DNA from: Dehalococcoidia bacterium
GTDB lineage: Bacteria; Chloroflexota; Dehalococcoidia; Bin125
Length of the DNA stretch: 64,000 nucleotides
Direction of reading: 5' to 3'
Assembly (NCBI GenBank): GCA_965209205.1
Contig: CBDBQC010000003.1
Span: forward strand, 897,872 to 961,871
The notes under the pieces are model-generated. The model ran no database searches, was not told where the DNA came from, and saw only the letters and a program-made list of their open reading frames with translations. Shown here one piece after another: positions 1-7,937 of this stretch. The position numbers and the translations under genes were made by a program. How positions within the stretch are numbered: the stretch's first letter is position 1; every line of letters begins with the position of its first letter.

Positions 1-1
1 C

Positions 2-196
2 GTCGAGCGGCAGGTCAACGCCCGCGGCTACGGCTCGTCGAGCGAGTACGTCCGCGAGTTGATCCGCAAGGACCAGGATCGCCAGCGGCTGCGCGGTCTG
101 CTGCTCGAGGGCGCGGCGTCGCCGCCAGCGGTCACCGCCGACGCCGACTACATCGGGCGGCTGCGCGACCAGGTCCGCGACGCCACCCCGCGGTGA
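2..196 (+). CDS. parD: Type II toxin-antitoxin ParD-family antitoxin (5' partial, runs off window start)
   Basis: Frame-2 translation VERQVNARGYGSSSEYVRELIRKDQDRQRLRGLLLEGAASPPAVTADADYIGRLRDQVRDATPR* matches ParD C-terminal core (compare Caulobacter ParD1 ...[22 protein letters not shown]...DDIRRLRQLWDEG...). Stop TGA at 194-196. Confidence 0.7.
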   Translation, partial: VERQVNARGYGSSSEYVRELIRKDQDRQRLRGLLLEGAASPPAVTADADYIGRLRDQVRDATPR

Positions 197-309
197 CCGG
201 GAAACCGGTCGTCCTGCGCGAGCGGGCCCAGCGCGATGTCGAGGCGGCCGTCGAGCACCATCTGGGCGCGGGGTTGGTGGTCACTTCCCACGCTGCGGCG
301 ATGGGCTGA
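193..309 (+). pseudogene. ParE/RelE-family toxin remnant (38 codons)
   Basis: GTG at 193 overlaps the parD stop (GTGA, classic TA coupling). First ~22 aa VTGKPVVLRERAQRDVEAAVEHH resemble the ParE N-terminus (MKPYRLSRRAKADLDDIWTYS), then similarity is lost and a stop follows at 307-309. Normal ParE is ~95 aa. Confidence 0.45.
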
Positions 310-708
310 TCAGCTCGCCTTCTCCTGCTCGACGGGCGGGTCTTCGGTGAACTCCTCACCGGCCTGCTCGGCCGCACGACGACGCTCATCCCACTTCCTC
401 CACGCCGTGTTCGCCCGCTTGAGACCCTCCGCCAAGCCACGCTCGTAGCGTCGCTTTAAGTACCCTTCGATCACAACCATGACGCCCTCCACGAGGATGA
501 CGGTCAGGGCAGCGGCGACGATCGTCATGGGGGCAAGTGCTTGCCCGATGGCGATGAATGTCTCCGTTTTGCCCGGCGCCGTCTTGCTGATTTCGTGATC
601 CGCCACCAGATAGGTGGCGACCGCCATCAGCACCGCGAACAGCAGCAGCGCCACTGTCGCGCGGTCTGGGTTGATGTTAGGCAGGAGAGCCCCCGCCGGA
701 CCGCTCAT
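310..708 (-). CDS. hypothetical small membrane protein (2 predicted TM helices, charged C-terminal tail)
   Basis: 132-aa ORF with two hydrophobic stretches (LLLFAVLMAVATYLV; IAIGQALAPMTIVAAALTVILVEGVMVVI). Its stop abuts the ParE remnant stop. No recognisable family. Confidence 0.4.
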   Translation of the reverse strand: MSGPAGALLPNINPDRATVALLLFAVLMAVATYLVADHEISKTAPGKTETFIAIGQALAPMTIVAAALTVILVEGVMVVIEGYLKRRYERGLAEGLKRANTAWRKWDERRRAAEQAGEEFTEDPPVEQEKAS

Positions 709-952
709 CTGCTCTGGTTCTGCCGGTCATGGTGATTCCCTTCGGCGGTCGCCGGTAGTGTCGGCGCTAGCACTAATATACCGATCGGAATCGAGATTCA
801 ACCGATCGGTCAGTTGGGCGCCTGAACGTCAACAGCGGCCAGCCGAAGCGCGGCGTGTCGGGATCGGCGAGCGCCGCGCCCCCGTCGCGTCGGCCGGTAC
901 GCTGCGGCCATCCGACCCACCCCATCCGACCCAGCGAGGAAAGGACCGCGCG

Positions 953-1315
953 ATGTTCGTCGCCATGAACCGATTCCGCGTCGTGCCCGCGCGCGAGCGC
1001 GATTGGGAGCGCATCTGGAAGGAGCGCGAGACCTATCTCCAGGACGTGCCCGGCCTGGTGCAGTTCGCGCTGCTGCGCGGCGACGAGGAGGGCGACTACG
1101 TGAGCCACACCATCTGGCGCGATCGCGCCGCCTTCGAGGCCTGGACCCGCTCCGACGCCTTCCGCAAGGGGCACGCGCAGGGCTCGCTGGAGGGCGTCCT
1201 GGCCGGGCCGCCGCAACTCGGCCTCTTCCAGGCCGTCATTCGGGAGGAGCCGGGCGGCCTGCGCGAGATCGACGACAGCGACCCGGCGCCCGGGCGCCGC
1301 GGCCCCCGGCACTGA
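953..1315 (+). CDS. antibiotic-biosynthesis-monooxygenase (ABM) domain protein
   Basis: MFVAMNRFRVVPARERDWERIWKERETYLQDVPG...TIWRDRAAFEAWTRSDAF is a typical ABM fold sequence. ATG at 953 is preceded by GAGGAAAGGA; the longer ORF-track start (614) is a spurious extension. Confidence 0.7.
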   Translation: MFVAMNRFRVVPARERDWERIWKERETYLQDVPGLVQFALLRGDEEGDYVSHTIWRDRAAFEAWTRSDAFRKGHAQGSLEGVLAGPPQLGLFQAVIREEPGGLREIDDSDPAPGRRGPRH

Positions 1316-1325
1316 CGCGCGGTCG

Positions 1326-1901
1326 CTAGCCGAAGCGCGGCGTGTCGGGGTCGGCGAGCGCCGCCTCCCCTTCGCGCGGCAGCACCTCGAGGTGATTCAG
1401 CGCCGCGTCGACGTCGCCCTGCCACTGCTCGGCCGGGAGCGAGTACAGCAACTCGACGCCGTGCCCGTCGGGGTCCTCGATGTAGACGCTGTGGCTGGTG
1501 CCGTGGTTGACCCGGCTGCCGAACTCGACCCCCGCCGCCTGCAGGCGGCGCAGCTGCGCCAGCCAGGCCGCCTGATCGCCGTACTCCACCGCCAGATGGT
1601 TGAGCCCCGGCCCCCGCGACGCCGCCTCCGCCTCGGCCGCCGCCTCGGCGGCCCCGTCGGGCAGCTGCATCAGCGCCACGTCGTGATGGTTGCCGCCGCG
1701 GCCGGCGTAGAAGCGCATCCGCCGCGCCCGCGACGGATCCGACTCCGCCACCTGATGGAAGCCCAGCACGTCGGTCCAGAACGCATGCGCGCGATCGAGA
1801 TCGCGCACGTTGAGCACGATGTGGTTGAGGCCCACCGGCCCCGGCGGGGCTGGTCCTGCGCCGGGCTCCGGGCCGGCGTCCAGCGTTTGCTCTCGTGGCA
1901 T
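1326..1901 (-). CDS. VOC (glyoxalase/bleomycin-resistance/dioxygenase) family protein
   Basis: LNHIVLNVRDLDRAHAFWTDVLGF...GLNHLAVEY...GHGVELLY are VOC motifs; the true start may be internal. Confidence 0.65.
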   Translation of the reverse strand: MPREQTLDAGPEPGAGPAPPGPVGLNHIVLNVRDLDRAHAFWTDVLGFHQVAESDPSRARRMRFYAGRGGNHHDVALMQLPDGAAEAAAEAEAASRGPGLNHLAVEYGDQAAWLAQLRRLQAAGVEFGSRVNHGTSHSVYIEDPDGHGVELLYSLPAEQWQGDVDAALNHLEVLPREGEAALADPDTPRFG

Positions 1902-1988
1902 GACGACTCCCCGCGGGCATCCGGTCGGCGCCTCGGGCGCGACCGCTCCCGGGCACTGTAGCCCAGCGCCCGTGCGGCGGCGGCGCTG

Positions 1989-2148
1989 GGAACCTCACCC
2001 CCTAACCCCCTCTCCATTGCTCTGCAATGGAGAGGGGGGATCGGAAGGGAGGCCGGCGCGGAGGCCATGCAGCGTTGTACCCAAACCGTCCCCTCCGGTT
2101 TCCCCTCTCCATCGTCCAGATGGAGAGGGGGCCAGGGGGTGAGGTTCC
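1989..2148. repeat. Inverted-repeat-bounded palindromic repeat element, copy A (~160 bp)
   Basis: Starts GGAACCTCACCCCCT and ends AGGGGGTGAGGTTCC (inverted termini). Contains two internal hairpins CCCCTCTCCAT-N8-10-ATGGAGAGGGG. Intergenic, between the VOC and PhyH genes. Confidence 0.75.
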
Positions 2149-2162
2149 GGGCCCCGGCTCGG

Positions 2163-3083
2163 CTAGTCCCGCTCGCCGGTCAGGGTCGGCACGAGGTCCC
2201 CCAACGTGATGGCGAAGTCGTTTTCCTGGGTGTGGAGAAACGCCGGGTGAGACAACCGATTCTGCTTTGCGAGGTGTCTCATCATTGCAGGTGTCGAAAT
2301 GCCGGCCACCCGATGCCAGTCGATTCGCGTCTCCGGATCGCACGTGCGTAACGACACCGCGAGGCGCCGATCGTCGGTCGTCTGCGTCGCGTGGATGGTG
2401 TTGAGGCTCAGCAGCAGCAGGTCGCCGGGCCCCACCTCCGGCGTCTCCATGACCTCCTCGATTTCGAAGTCCTCCTCCACCCAGTGGACGCCGCTCCAGT
2501 CGGACGTGTAGACCGTCCCCCCGTCACGCAGCGAGCGCAGAAAACTCGCGCCCGAGCGCCGGCAGAGGTTGAAGAGTCGCGGCGACTTTTCGCGAAGCCG
2601 ATCCCAGGGAATGACGCGCAGGCCCGCCTCGGTGCGGGACGGCTTGACCAGCGGAATCCAGTAATTGAGATGCGTCGGATTGAACTCCGTCAGGAAGAAG
2701 TGCTCGTGATCCTGATGCACGGGAAGATTGGTGACCGGCGTCTGCAGATAGAGGATTTGATAGAGCGCGGCCTTGGCTCCGGTGAGTTCCTGGGCGAACG
2801 CTTCCATCCGCGGACGGATGCCTTGGAAGGTTTCTTTGCGTCCCACCGCGGTCGTACGCAGCGCTGCCGTTTGACCGCGAACCGCTGGTGAAGCAGTACG
2901 TCGATCAACCGCCTGATCGCCAAGGTGCCGCGCCCCATGCTTGGTTCGCGGCGCGGGTTCGGAGTCGGGGCATGCATCGAATTCTTCCACGAGGAAGTCG
3001 ATCTCCTCACGGCTCAGGAAGTCCGGGACAACGCAGAAGCCCCGTTCCTCGAGCGCGGAGGCGATGGCGTGAAAGTCAGTCAT
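2163..3083 (-). CDS. phytanoyl-CoA dioxygenase (PhyH) family Fe(II)/2-oxoglutarate oxygenase
   Basis: 306 aa with an HxD...H-type facial triad context (VHQDHEHFF...) and overall PhyH-family resemblance. Confidence 0.65.
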   Translation of the reverse strand: MTDFHAIASALEERGFCVVPDFLSREEIDFLVEEFDACPDSEPAPRTKHGARHLGDQAVDRRTASPAVRGQTAALRTTAVGRKETFQGIRPRMEAFAQELTGAKAALYQILYLQTPVTNLPVHQDHEHFFLTEFNPTHLNYWIPLVKPSRTEAGLRVIPWDRLREKSPRLFNLCRRSGASFLRSLRDGGTVYTSDWSGVHWVEEDFEIEEVMETPEVGPGDLLLLSLNTIHATQTTDDRRLAVSLRTCDPETRIDWHRVAGISTPAMMRHLAKQNRLSHPAFLHTQENDFAITLGDLVPTLTGERD

Positions 3084-3200
3084 GCGTGTCTACCTTTCGA
3101 GATGCTGATGTTGTGGACTGCGTCACCGGTGACCGGCCGCAGCGCTGGAGGTTGGTGTCCTTCGGTTTCGTCGTAGAGGTCTCCTGGTTGTGCCCGCGAC

Positions 3201-4094
3201 CTAGCGCACGTTGCGCAGCCGCGGGTCGAGGGCGTCGCGCAGCCAGTCGCCCATCAGGTTGCCGGTCAGCGAGATCGTCAGCAGCGCCAGGCCGGGCAGC
3301 CAGATCGGCCACCAGGCGACGTTCATCGTCTCGCGCCCCTCCGTGATCATCGCGCCCCAGGTCGACGTGCCGGGCGGCACGCCGACGGTCAGGAAGCTCA
3401 GCGCCGCCTCCGCCAGGATCACGAGCGCGACCTCCAGCGTCATGATGATCACGATCGTGTTGACGACGTTCGGGAAGAGGTGCTTGCGGATGATCCAGAT
3501 CGGCCCCGCCCCGGTCGCCCGCGAGGCCGTCACGAAGTCGCGTTGCTTGAGCGAGAGCACGTCCCCCCGCACCAAGCGTCCGTAGGAGGGCCAGGTCCAG
3601 ACCAAGAGGATGATGATCACGTTGCGCAGGCTGGGCCCGACGAGGGCCGCCAGCAGCGCCGCGAAGAGGATCGCCGGCAGCGCCAACTGCACGTCCACGA
3701 GCCGCATCAGCACGTGCCCCCAGAGGCCGCCCCGCCAGCCGGCGATCAGCCCGACGAGCGTGCCGAACAGCGCCGCCCCCGGCACCACGATCGCCACGAC
3801 GATGAGGGAGACCCGCGCCCCGTGCAGCAGCCGGCTGAAGATGTCCCGCCCCAGCTTGTCCGTGCCCAGCGGGTAGTCCCAGCTCCCCCCGTCGAAGACG
3901 GGCGGCTCCAGCCGCACCGCGACGTTCAGGAACTCCGGGTCGTGTGGGGCGATCCAGTCCGCCCCGATCCCGCCGACGAGCAGCAACGTCACGATCACGG
4001 CGGGGAAGGACAGCCCCAGCCAGCGCCGCCAGCGGATAGGACGCCGCCGCTCGAGCTCCACCACCGGCGCCGGGGCCGCCGACTCCTGCGCCAT
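3201..4094 (-). CDS. ABC transporter permease, DppC/OppC-like
   Basis: Multi-TM protein with the EAA-like loop of the binding-protein-dependent family; MAQESAAP start ATG overlaps the dppB stop (ATGA). The ORF-track 671-aa product is a read-through of upstream repeat/other-frame sequence. Confidence 0.8.
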   Translation of the reverse strand: MAQESAAPAPVVELERRRPIRWRRWLGLSFPAVIVTLLLVGGIGADWIAPHDPEFLNVAVRLEPPVFDGGSWDYPLGTDKLGRDIFSRLLHGARVSLIVVAIVVPGAALFGTLVGLIAGWRGGLWGHVLMRLVDVQLALPAILFAALLAALVGPSLRNVIIILLVWTWPSYGRLVRGDVLSLKQRDFVTASRATGAGPIWIIRKHLFPNVVNTIVIIMTLEVALVILAEAALSFLTVGVPPGTSTWGAMITEGRETMNVAWWPIWLPGLALLTISLTGNLMGDWLRDALDPRLRNVR

Positions 4095-5032
4095 CAGGCT
4101 TCTCCCGCTTTGATCCGCGGGTCTATGAAGCGGTAGGAGACGTCGACCAGCAGGTTGGCCACGGTGATCGAGATCGCGAAGACGATGATCGACGCCTGCA
4201 CCATGGGGAAGTCTTCCCGGAGGATGGAGTCGATGATCAGCCGGCCGACGCCGGGCCAGGAGAACACGATCTCCACGATCACCGAGCCGCCGATGAGCCG
4301 GCCGAGCGAGAGGCCCAGCAGCGTCACGACGGGCAGCAACGCGTTGCGCAGCGCGTGCCGCCGGATCACCACCCGCTCGCTCAGCCCCTTGGCCCGCGCC
4401 GTGCGAATGAAGTCGGTATCCAGGACGTCGATCATCCCCGACCGGGTCAGCCGCGTGATCGCGACCAGCTCCAACAGCCCCAGCGACAGCGCCGGCAGGA
4501 TCAAGGACCGGAAGCCGTCCTCCGCGCCGGCGGTCGGGAACCAGCCGAGCTGCACGGAGAAGAAGAAGATCAGCATCAGGCCCAGCCAGAAGCTCGGCGT
4601 GGCCTGCCCGATCACGGCCAGGAAGCGGGCCAGCCAGTCGACGGCCCGGCCCCGCCGCAACGCCGCCACGAGCCCCAACGGCGCCCCCAGCGCGATCGCG
4701 AACACCATGCCGGCCGCCCCCAGCTTGAACGTGTTCAGCGCCCGGTCGCCGATCGCGCCGATCGCCGGTTTGCCCCCGCTCCGAAACGACGTCCCCAAGT
4801 CCCCCTGCGCCAGGTCCCAGAGGAAATTGCCGTACTGGACGAACAGCGGGTCGTTCAGCCCCAGGGTCTCCTTCAGCTGCTCGACGTCGGCCGCCACCCG
4901 CGACTCCATCGGCAGCATGGTCGCCACGGGATCCCCCACGAGGCGCGAGACGAAGAAGACGATCGTCACGACGAGGAAGACGACGAAGAACGCCTGGGTC
5001 AGCCGGATCGCGAAGTAGTGCCAGAACTGCAT
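4094..5032 (-). CDS. ABC transporter permease, DppB/OppB-like
   Basis: 312 aa, N-terminal TM, then ...IDVLDTDFIRTARAKGLSERVVIRRHALRNALLPVVT (canonical DppB/OppB signature). Confidence 0.85.
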   Translation of the reverse strand: MQFWHYFAIRLTQAFFVVFLVVTIVFFVSRLVGDPVATMLPMESRVAADVEQLKETLGLNDPLFVQYGNFLWDLAQGDLGTSFRSGGKPAIGAIGDRALNTFKLGAAGMVFAIALGAPLGLVAALRRGRAVDWLARFLAVIGQATPSFWLGLMLIFFFSVQLGWFPTAGAEDGFRSLILPALSLGLLELVAITRLTRSGMIDVLDTDFIRTARAKGLSERVVIRRHALRNALLPVVTLLGLSLGRLIGGSVIVEIVFSWPGVGRLIIDSILREDFPMVQASIIVFAISITVANLLVDVSYRFIDPRIKAGEA

Positions 5033-5056
5033 CAGATCCCTTGCGGGCCGCGCGCC

Positions 5057-5252
5057 GGAACCTCACCCCCTGGCCCCCTCTCCATTGCAGAGCAATGGAG
5101 AGGGGGAATCGGAAGGGGAGCGGGTTGATCGCACGCCCTTCCGGTCCCCCCTCTCCACCTCCTGGTGGAGAGGGGGTTAGGGGGTGAGGTTCCCCCTCCG
5201 GTCCCCCCTCATCCATCGGTTCAGATGGAGAGGGGGTTAGGGGGTGAGGTTC
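5057..5252. repeat. Inverted-repeat-bounded palindromic repeat element, copy B (~196 bp; one full unit plus a partial tandem unit)
   Basis: Same termini (GGAACCTCACCCCCT ... GGGGGTGAGGTTCC) with three CCCCTC(T/A)TCCA...TGGAGAGGGGG hairpins. Sits between the SBP stop and the dppB start, inside the operon. Confidence 0.75.
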
Positions 5253-5258
5253 CGCGCG

Positions 5259-7667
5259 TTAGATGTGCCGCTGCACGGCGTAGGTGGTGCCCCCCCAGAG
5301 GGTGCCGGTGCGCCCGCCCTTCGGCCAGTTGACGTCGCTGCGGGTCAGCACCGCGTCCGGCGCCTCGACGATGAAGACGTAGTACGCCTGACGCGCGTGC
5401 TCCAGGAACATCTCCGTGATCAGCTCCGCGCGCCGATCGGGATCGAGCTCGGTGGTCTGCGCGAGGTACAGCTCCTGCAGGGCCGGATCCTGGACCCCCG
5501 AGCCGTTGAGCTTCATGAAGTAGGATTCGGGCCCGGCGCAGCAATCCCACATCGATCCGACGTCGCGGACGGGGTTGGCCCAGAACCAGTAGAGGCCCGG
5601 CGGGAGGCCGGGGCCGCCCGTCACGTAGGCGTCGGTCAAGTACTCGCCCAGGAGGGTCGACTCTTCGTGCGCGCGGATGCCGACCGCGGTCAGGTCCTGC
5701 ACCACAGCCAGTACCAGGTCCGCCTCGTACGCGCCGCCCCAGTCGGACGCCCAGTACAGGGGGATGTCGAAGCCGTCCGCATAGCCCGCCTCCGCCAGCA
5801 GCTGCCTCGCCCGCTCGGGGTCGTAGTCGTACTGGACGTCCTGCTTCTGCTCCGGGCTGGGGTAGCCAGGGACGCCGCTGAACGCGAAGAGTGGATACGT
5901 GCCCTGGCCGAGCAGGAGGTTGTCGATCATGGCTTGGCGGTTGATCGCGTGGTTCGCGGCCTGGCGCACGCGGAGGTCCAAGAACGGGTTCGGGCTGCCG
6001 TCTGCCATCGTCTCTGGGAACAGGTTGGGATGGAGGTTCTGGATGGTCCACGGTCCGGCGGGCTGGAACTGCACGCTGAAGTCGGGGTCGTCCACGTACG
6101 GCCTCACGTTATCGGGGCCCAGTTCCGGCACCGTGTCGATCTCACCGGCCTCCAGGCCGGCCAGCCGCGACTGGATCTCGGGCCGCACCACGATCTTCAG
6201 GTGCTTGTTGTGGGCGTAGCGCTGCACCACGGTGGGGTGGTCGACCGGGTTGAAGTGGTCCTCGAAGCGCTCGAAGACGAAGTCCGTGTCGTCTTCGTGG
6301 CTGACGAAACGGTAGGGACCGGTGCCCATCAGCGCCTGGTCCACCGCGGCGTCGCCGCGCCGCTCCGTGTCCGCTTGCGACATGACGGCGATCTCGCCGA
6401 CCCCGGTCAGGTTGATGATGAAGAAGCCCGCATCGGGCGCCGGCAACTCGAACGACCAGGTGCGGTCGTCCACGGCCTCGTTCCGGACCCAGTCCCGGGC
6501 GCTCCGGCCGGGATTCGCGGGGGCCCAGCCGCCGGTGTGATCGCTCGTCGCGCCGCCCTGGTGGTATTCGGCGAGACCGCCCGCGCGGTCGTAGCTGAAC
6601 ACCATGTCGTGGGCGGTGAGGATCGAGCCGTCGTGGAACGGCGCCGGCCGGACTGACGCCCGAATCGACGTGGCGTCAATCCACTCCGGCGCGGCGAGCG
6701 ATGGGACCGACTGGCCATCGAGGGGATCCCAATCCAGGGGCGAGCTGAGGACGGCCCCGTGCGCGTAGTGCTGGCCGAAGCTGCCGGCGCGGTGCTGATC
6801 CAGGCCCCCCTGGTCGGCCGGGACCACCCCGACGATCGAGGCGTCCAGATCGACTTGGTCGAGCGGCCAGGGGACGGTGAACTCGGCGGTCTCGCCGACG
6901 ACCCCGGCGACGGCCGCCGCAGCCGCGCTGGCGGCCTCCCCGGCCGCCTCGGCGGCCTCTTGGGCGGCGGCGACGGCGGCGGCGGCGGTCTCGGCCGCGG
7001 CTTCGGCGGTCTCCTGAGCCGTGGCGGCGGCCGCCCCGGCGGCGGCGGACGCCTCCCCGGCAGCAGCCGCGGCAGCGGCAGCCGCCTCAGCGGCCTCGTC
7101 GATGGCGGCCTGGGCGGCCTCCGCGGTGGCCGTCCCGGCCTCGACCGCGGCGGCCGCGTCGCGGGCGGCCTGGGCGGCGGCCTCGGCGGCCTGAGCGGCG
7201 GCGTCCGCGACGGCCGCGGCAGCGGCGTCACCGGCCGCGGATGCGGCGTCGGCGGCCTGGGCGGCAGCCGCAGCGGCGGCTTCCGCGGCGGCGGCCGCGT
7301 TGGCGGCGTCCTCCGATTCGGCCGCCTCGGCGGCCAGGGCGGCGGCCGCATCGGCGGCGTCGGCGGCCTGGGAAGCCGCGGCGGAGGCCTCGGACGCGGC
7401 GGCAGCCGCCTCAGCGGCGGCGTCCGCGGCGGCCTCGGTTTCGGCGGCGCGCGCCTCGCCGGCGGCGATGGCCGCCGCTGCGGCGTCCTCCGCGGCCGAG
7501 GCGGCCCGTTCGGCGGCCGCGGCCCCGGCGTCGGGCTCGTCGTCGTCGCCACAGCCGACGAGCGCGAGGCCGGCCGCTCCAACGCCAGCCTTCGCGCTGG
7601 CTCCCAACATGGTGCGACGCGAGATCTTTCGCTGTCGCAGGGTGGTCCAATACTTCGGCGTGCTCAT
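5259..7667 (-). CDS. ABC transporter substrate-binding lipoprotein (family 5, peptide/nickel/opine-type) with a ~230-aa Ala-rich acidic linker
   Basis: MSTPKYWTTLRQRKISRRTMLGASAKAGVGAAGLALVGCGDDDE has a Tat-like RR motif and a lipobox (LVGC). A long A/E/D/Q/S/T low-complexity tract follows, then an SBP_5 domain. Lies upstream of dppB and dppC. The 26-aa N-terminal extension in the ORF track is leader sequence. Confidence 0.8.
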   Translation of the reverse strand: MSTPKYWTTLRQRKISRRTMLGASAKAGVGAAGLALVGCGDDDEPDAGAAAAERAASAAEDAAAAAIAAGEARAAETEAAADAAAEAAAAASEASAAASQAADAADAAAALAAEAAESEDAANAAAAAEAAAAAAAQAADAASAAGDAAAAAVADAAAQAAEAAAQAARDAAAAVEAGTATAEAAQAAIDEAAEAAAAAAAAAGEASAAAGAAAATAQETAEAAAETAAAAVAAAQEAAEAAGEAASAAAAAVAGVVGETAEFTVPWPLDQVDLDASIVGVVPADQGGLDQHRAGSFGQHYAHGAVLSSPLDWDPLDGQSVPSLAAPEWIDATSIRASVRPAPFHDGSILTAHDMVFSYDRAGGLAEYHQGGATSDHTGGWAPANPGRSARDWVRNEAVDDRTWSFELPAPDAGFFIINLTGVGEIAVMSQADTERRGDAAVDQALMGTGPYRFVSHEDDTDFVFERFEDHFNPVDHPTVVQRYAHNKHLKIVVRPEIQSRLAGLEAGEIDTVPELGPDNVRPYVDDPDFSVQFQPAGPWTIQNLHPNLFPETMADGSPNPFLDLRVRQAANHAINRQAMIDNLLLGQGTYPLFAFSGVPGYPSPEQKQDVQYDYDPERARQLLAEAGYADGFDIPLYWASDWGGAYEADLVLAVVQDLTAVGIRAHEESTLLGEYLTDAYVTGGPGLPPGLYWFWANPVRDVGSMWDCCAGPESYFMKLNGSGVQDPALQELYLAQTTELDPDRRAELITEMFLEHARQAYYVFIVEAPDAVLTRSDVNWPKGGRTGTLWGGTTYAVQRHI

Positions 7668-7800
7668 GATCGGTTCCTTTCCGGGAACTACCGTTGGCCC
7701 CCCCGGGGGACCGTCGGGCTGGTGAGCATGCGCAGTATGGCACATTTCACTAAGACCCCCCCCCCCCCCCCACCTCCCCCCTTATGTTTCATAGAAAGAT
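7668..7800 (-). promoter_or_regulatory. Conserved 5' leader/promoter module of SBP paralogue 1
   Basis: Near-identical to the leader of the paralogue at ~32175-32290. Contains hairpin GTTCCCGGAAAGGAAC overlapping the RBS, a palindrome GG(C/T)CCCCCCGGGGGACC, and a 16-nt C homopolymer at ~7756-7771. Confidence 0.5.
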
Positions 7801-7937
7801 TTGATGGATACCGGTGGATCTATAGGAGTTGACCGGGGAAACCGCGTCCCGCCACCCTGCGATCTCGCCTATAATCCTCTATACTGCGATGGATACCCGC
7901 GAACCGCGGTTGTGCCGGTGCGCCGCCGGCGCGGCGG

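Noticed and set aside
3201-5216. 671-aa fused ORF.
   Set aside because: It is a read-through of dppC into the other frame of dppB and through repeat copy B. The true dppC starts at 4094 with an ATGA overlap.
1989-5252. Possibility that the palindromic repeats are a CRISPR array.
   Set aside because: Copies are dispersed over >50 kb, not regularly spaced, and internally palindromic with inverted termini. There are no spacers and no cas genes.
6407-7582. 391-aa Pro/Arg-rich ORF (and its twin at 31307-32089).
   Set aside because: Alternate frame and strand of the GCN-rich DNA encoding the Ala-rich SBP linker. The Ala frame is the one continuous with the signal peptide and the SBP domain.
7668-7745. 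26-aa N-terminal extension MCHTAHAHQPDGPPGGPTVVPGKEPIM on both SBP ORFs.
   Set aside because: The real start is the ATG of MSTPKYW, which is preceded by the RBS. The extension is the conserved structured leader, not coding sequence.
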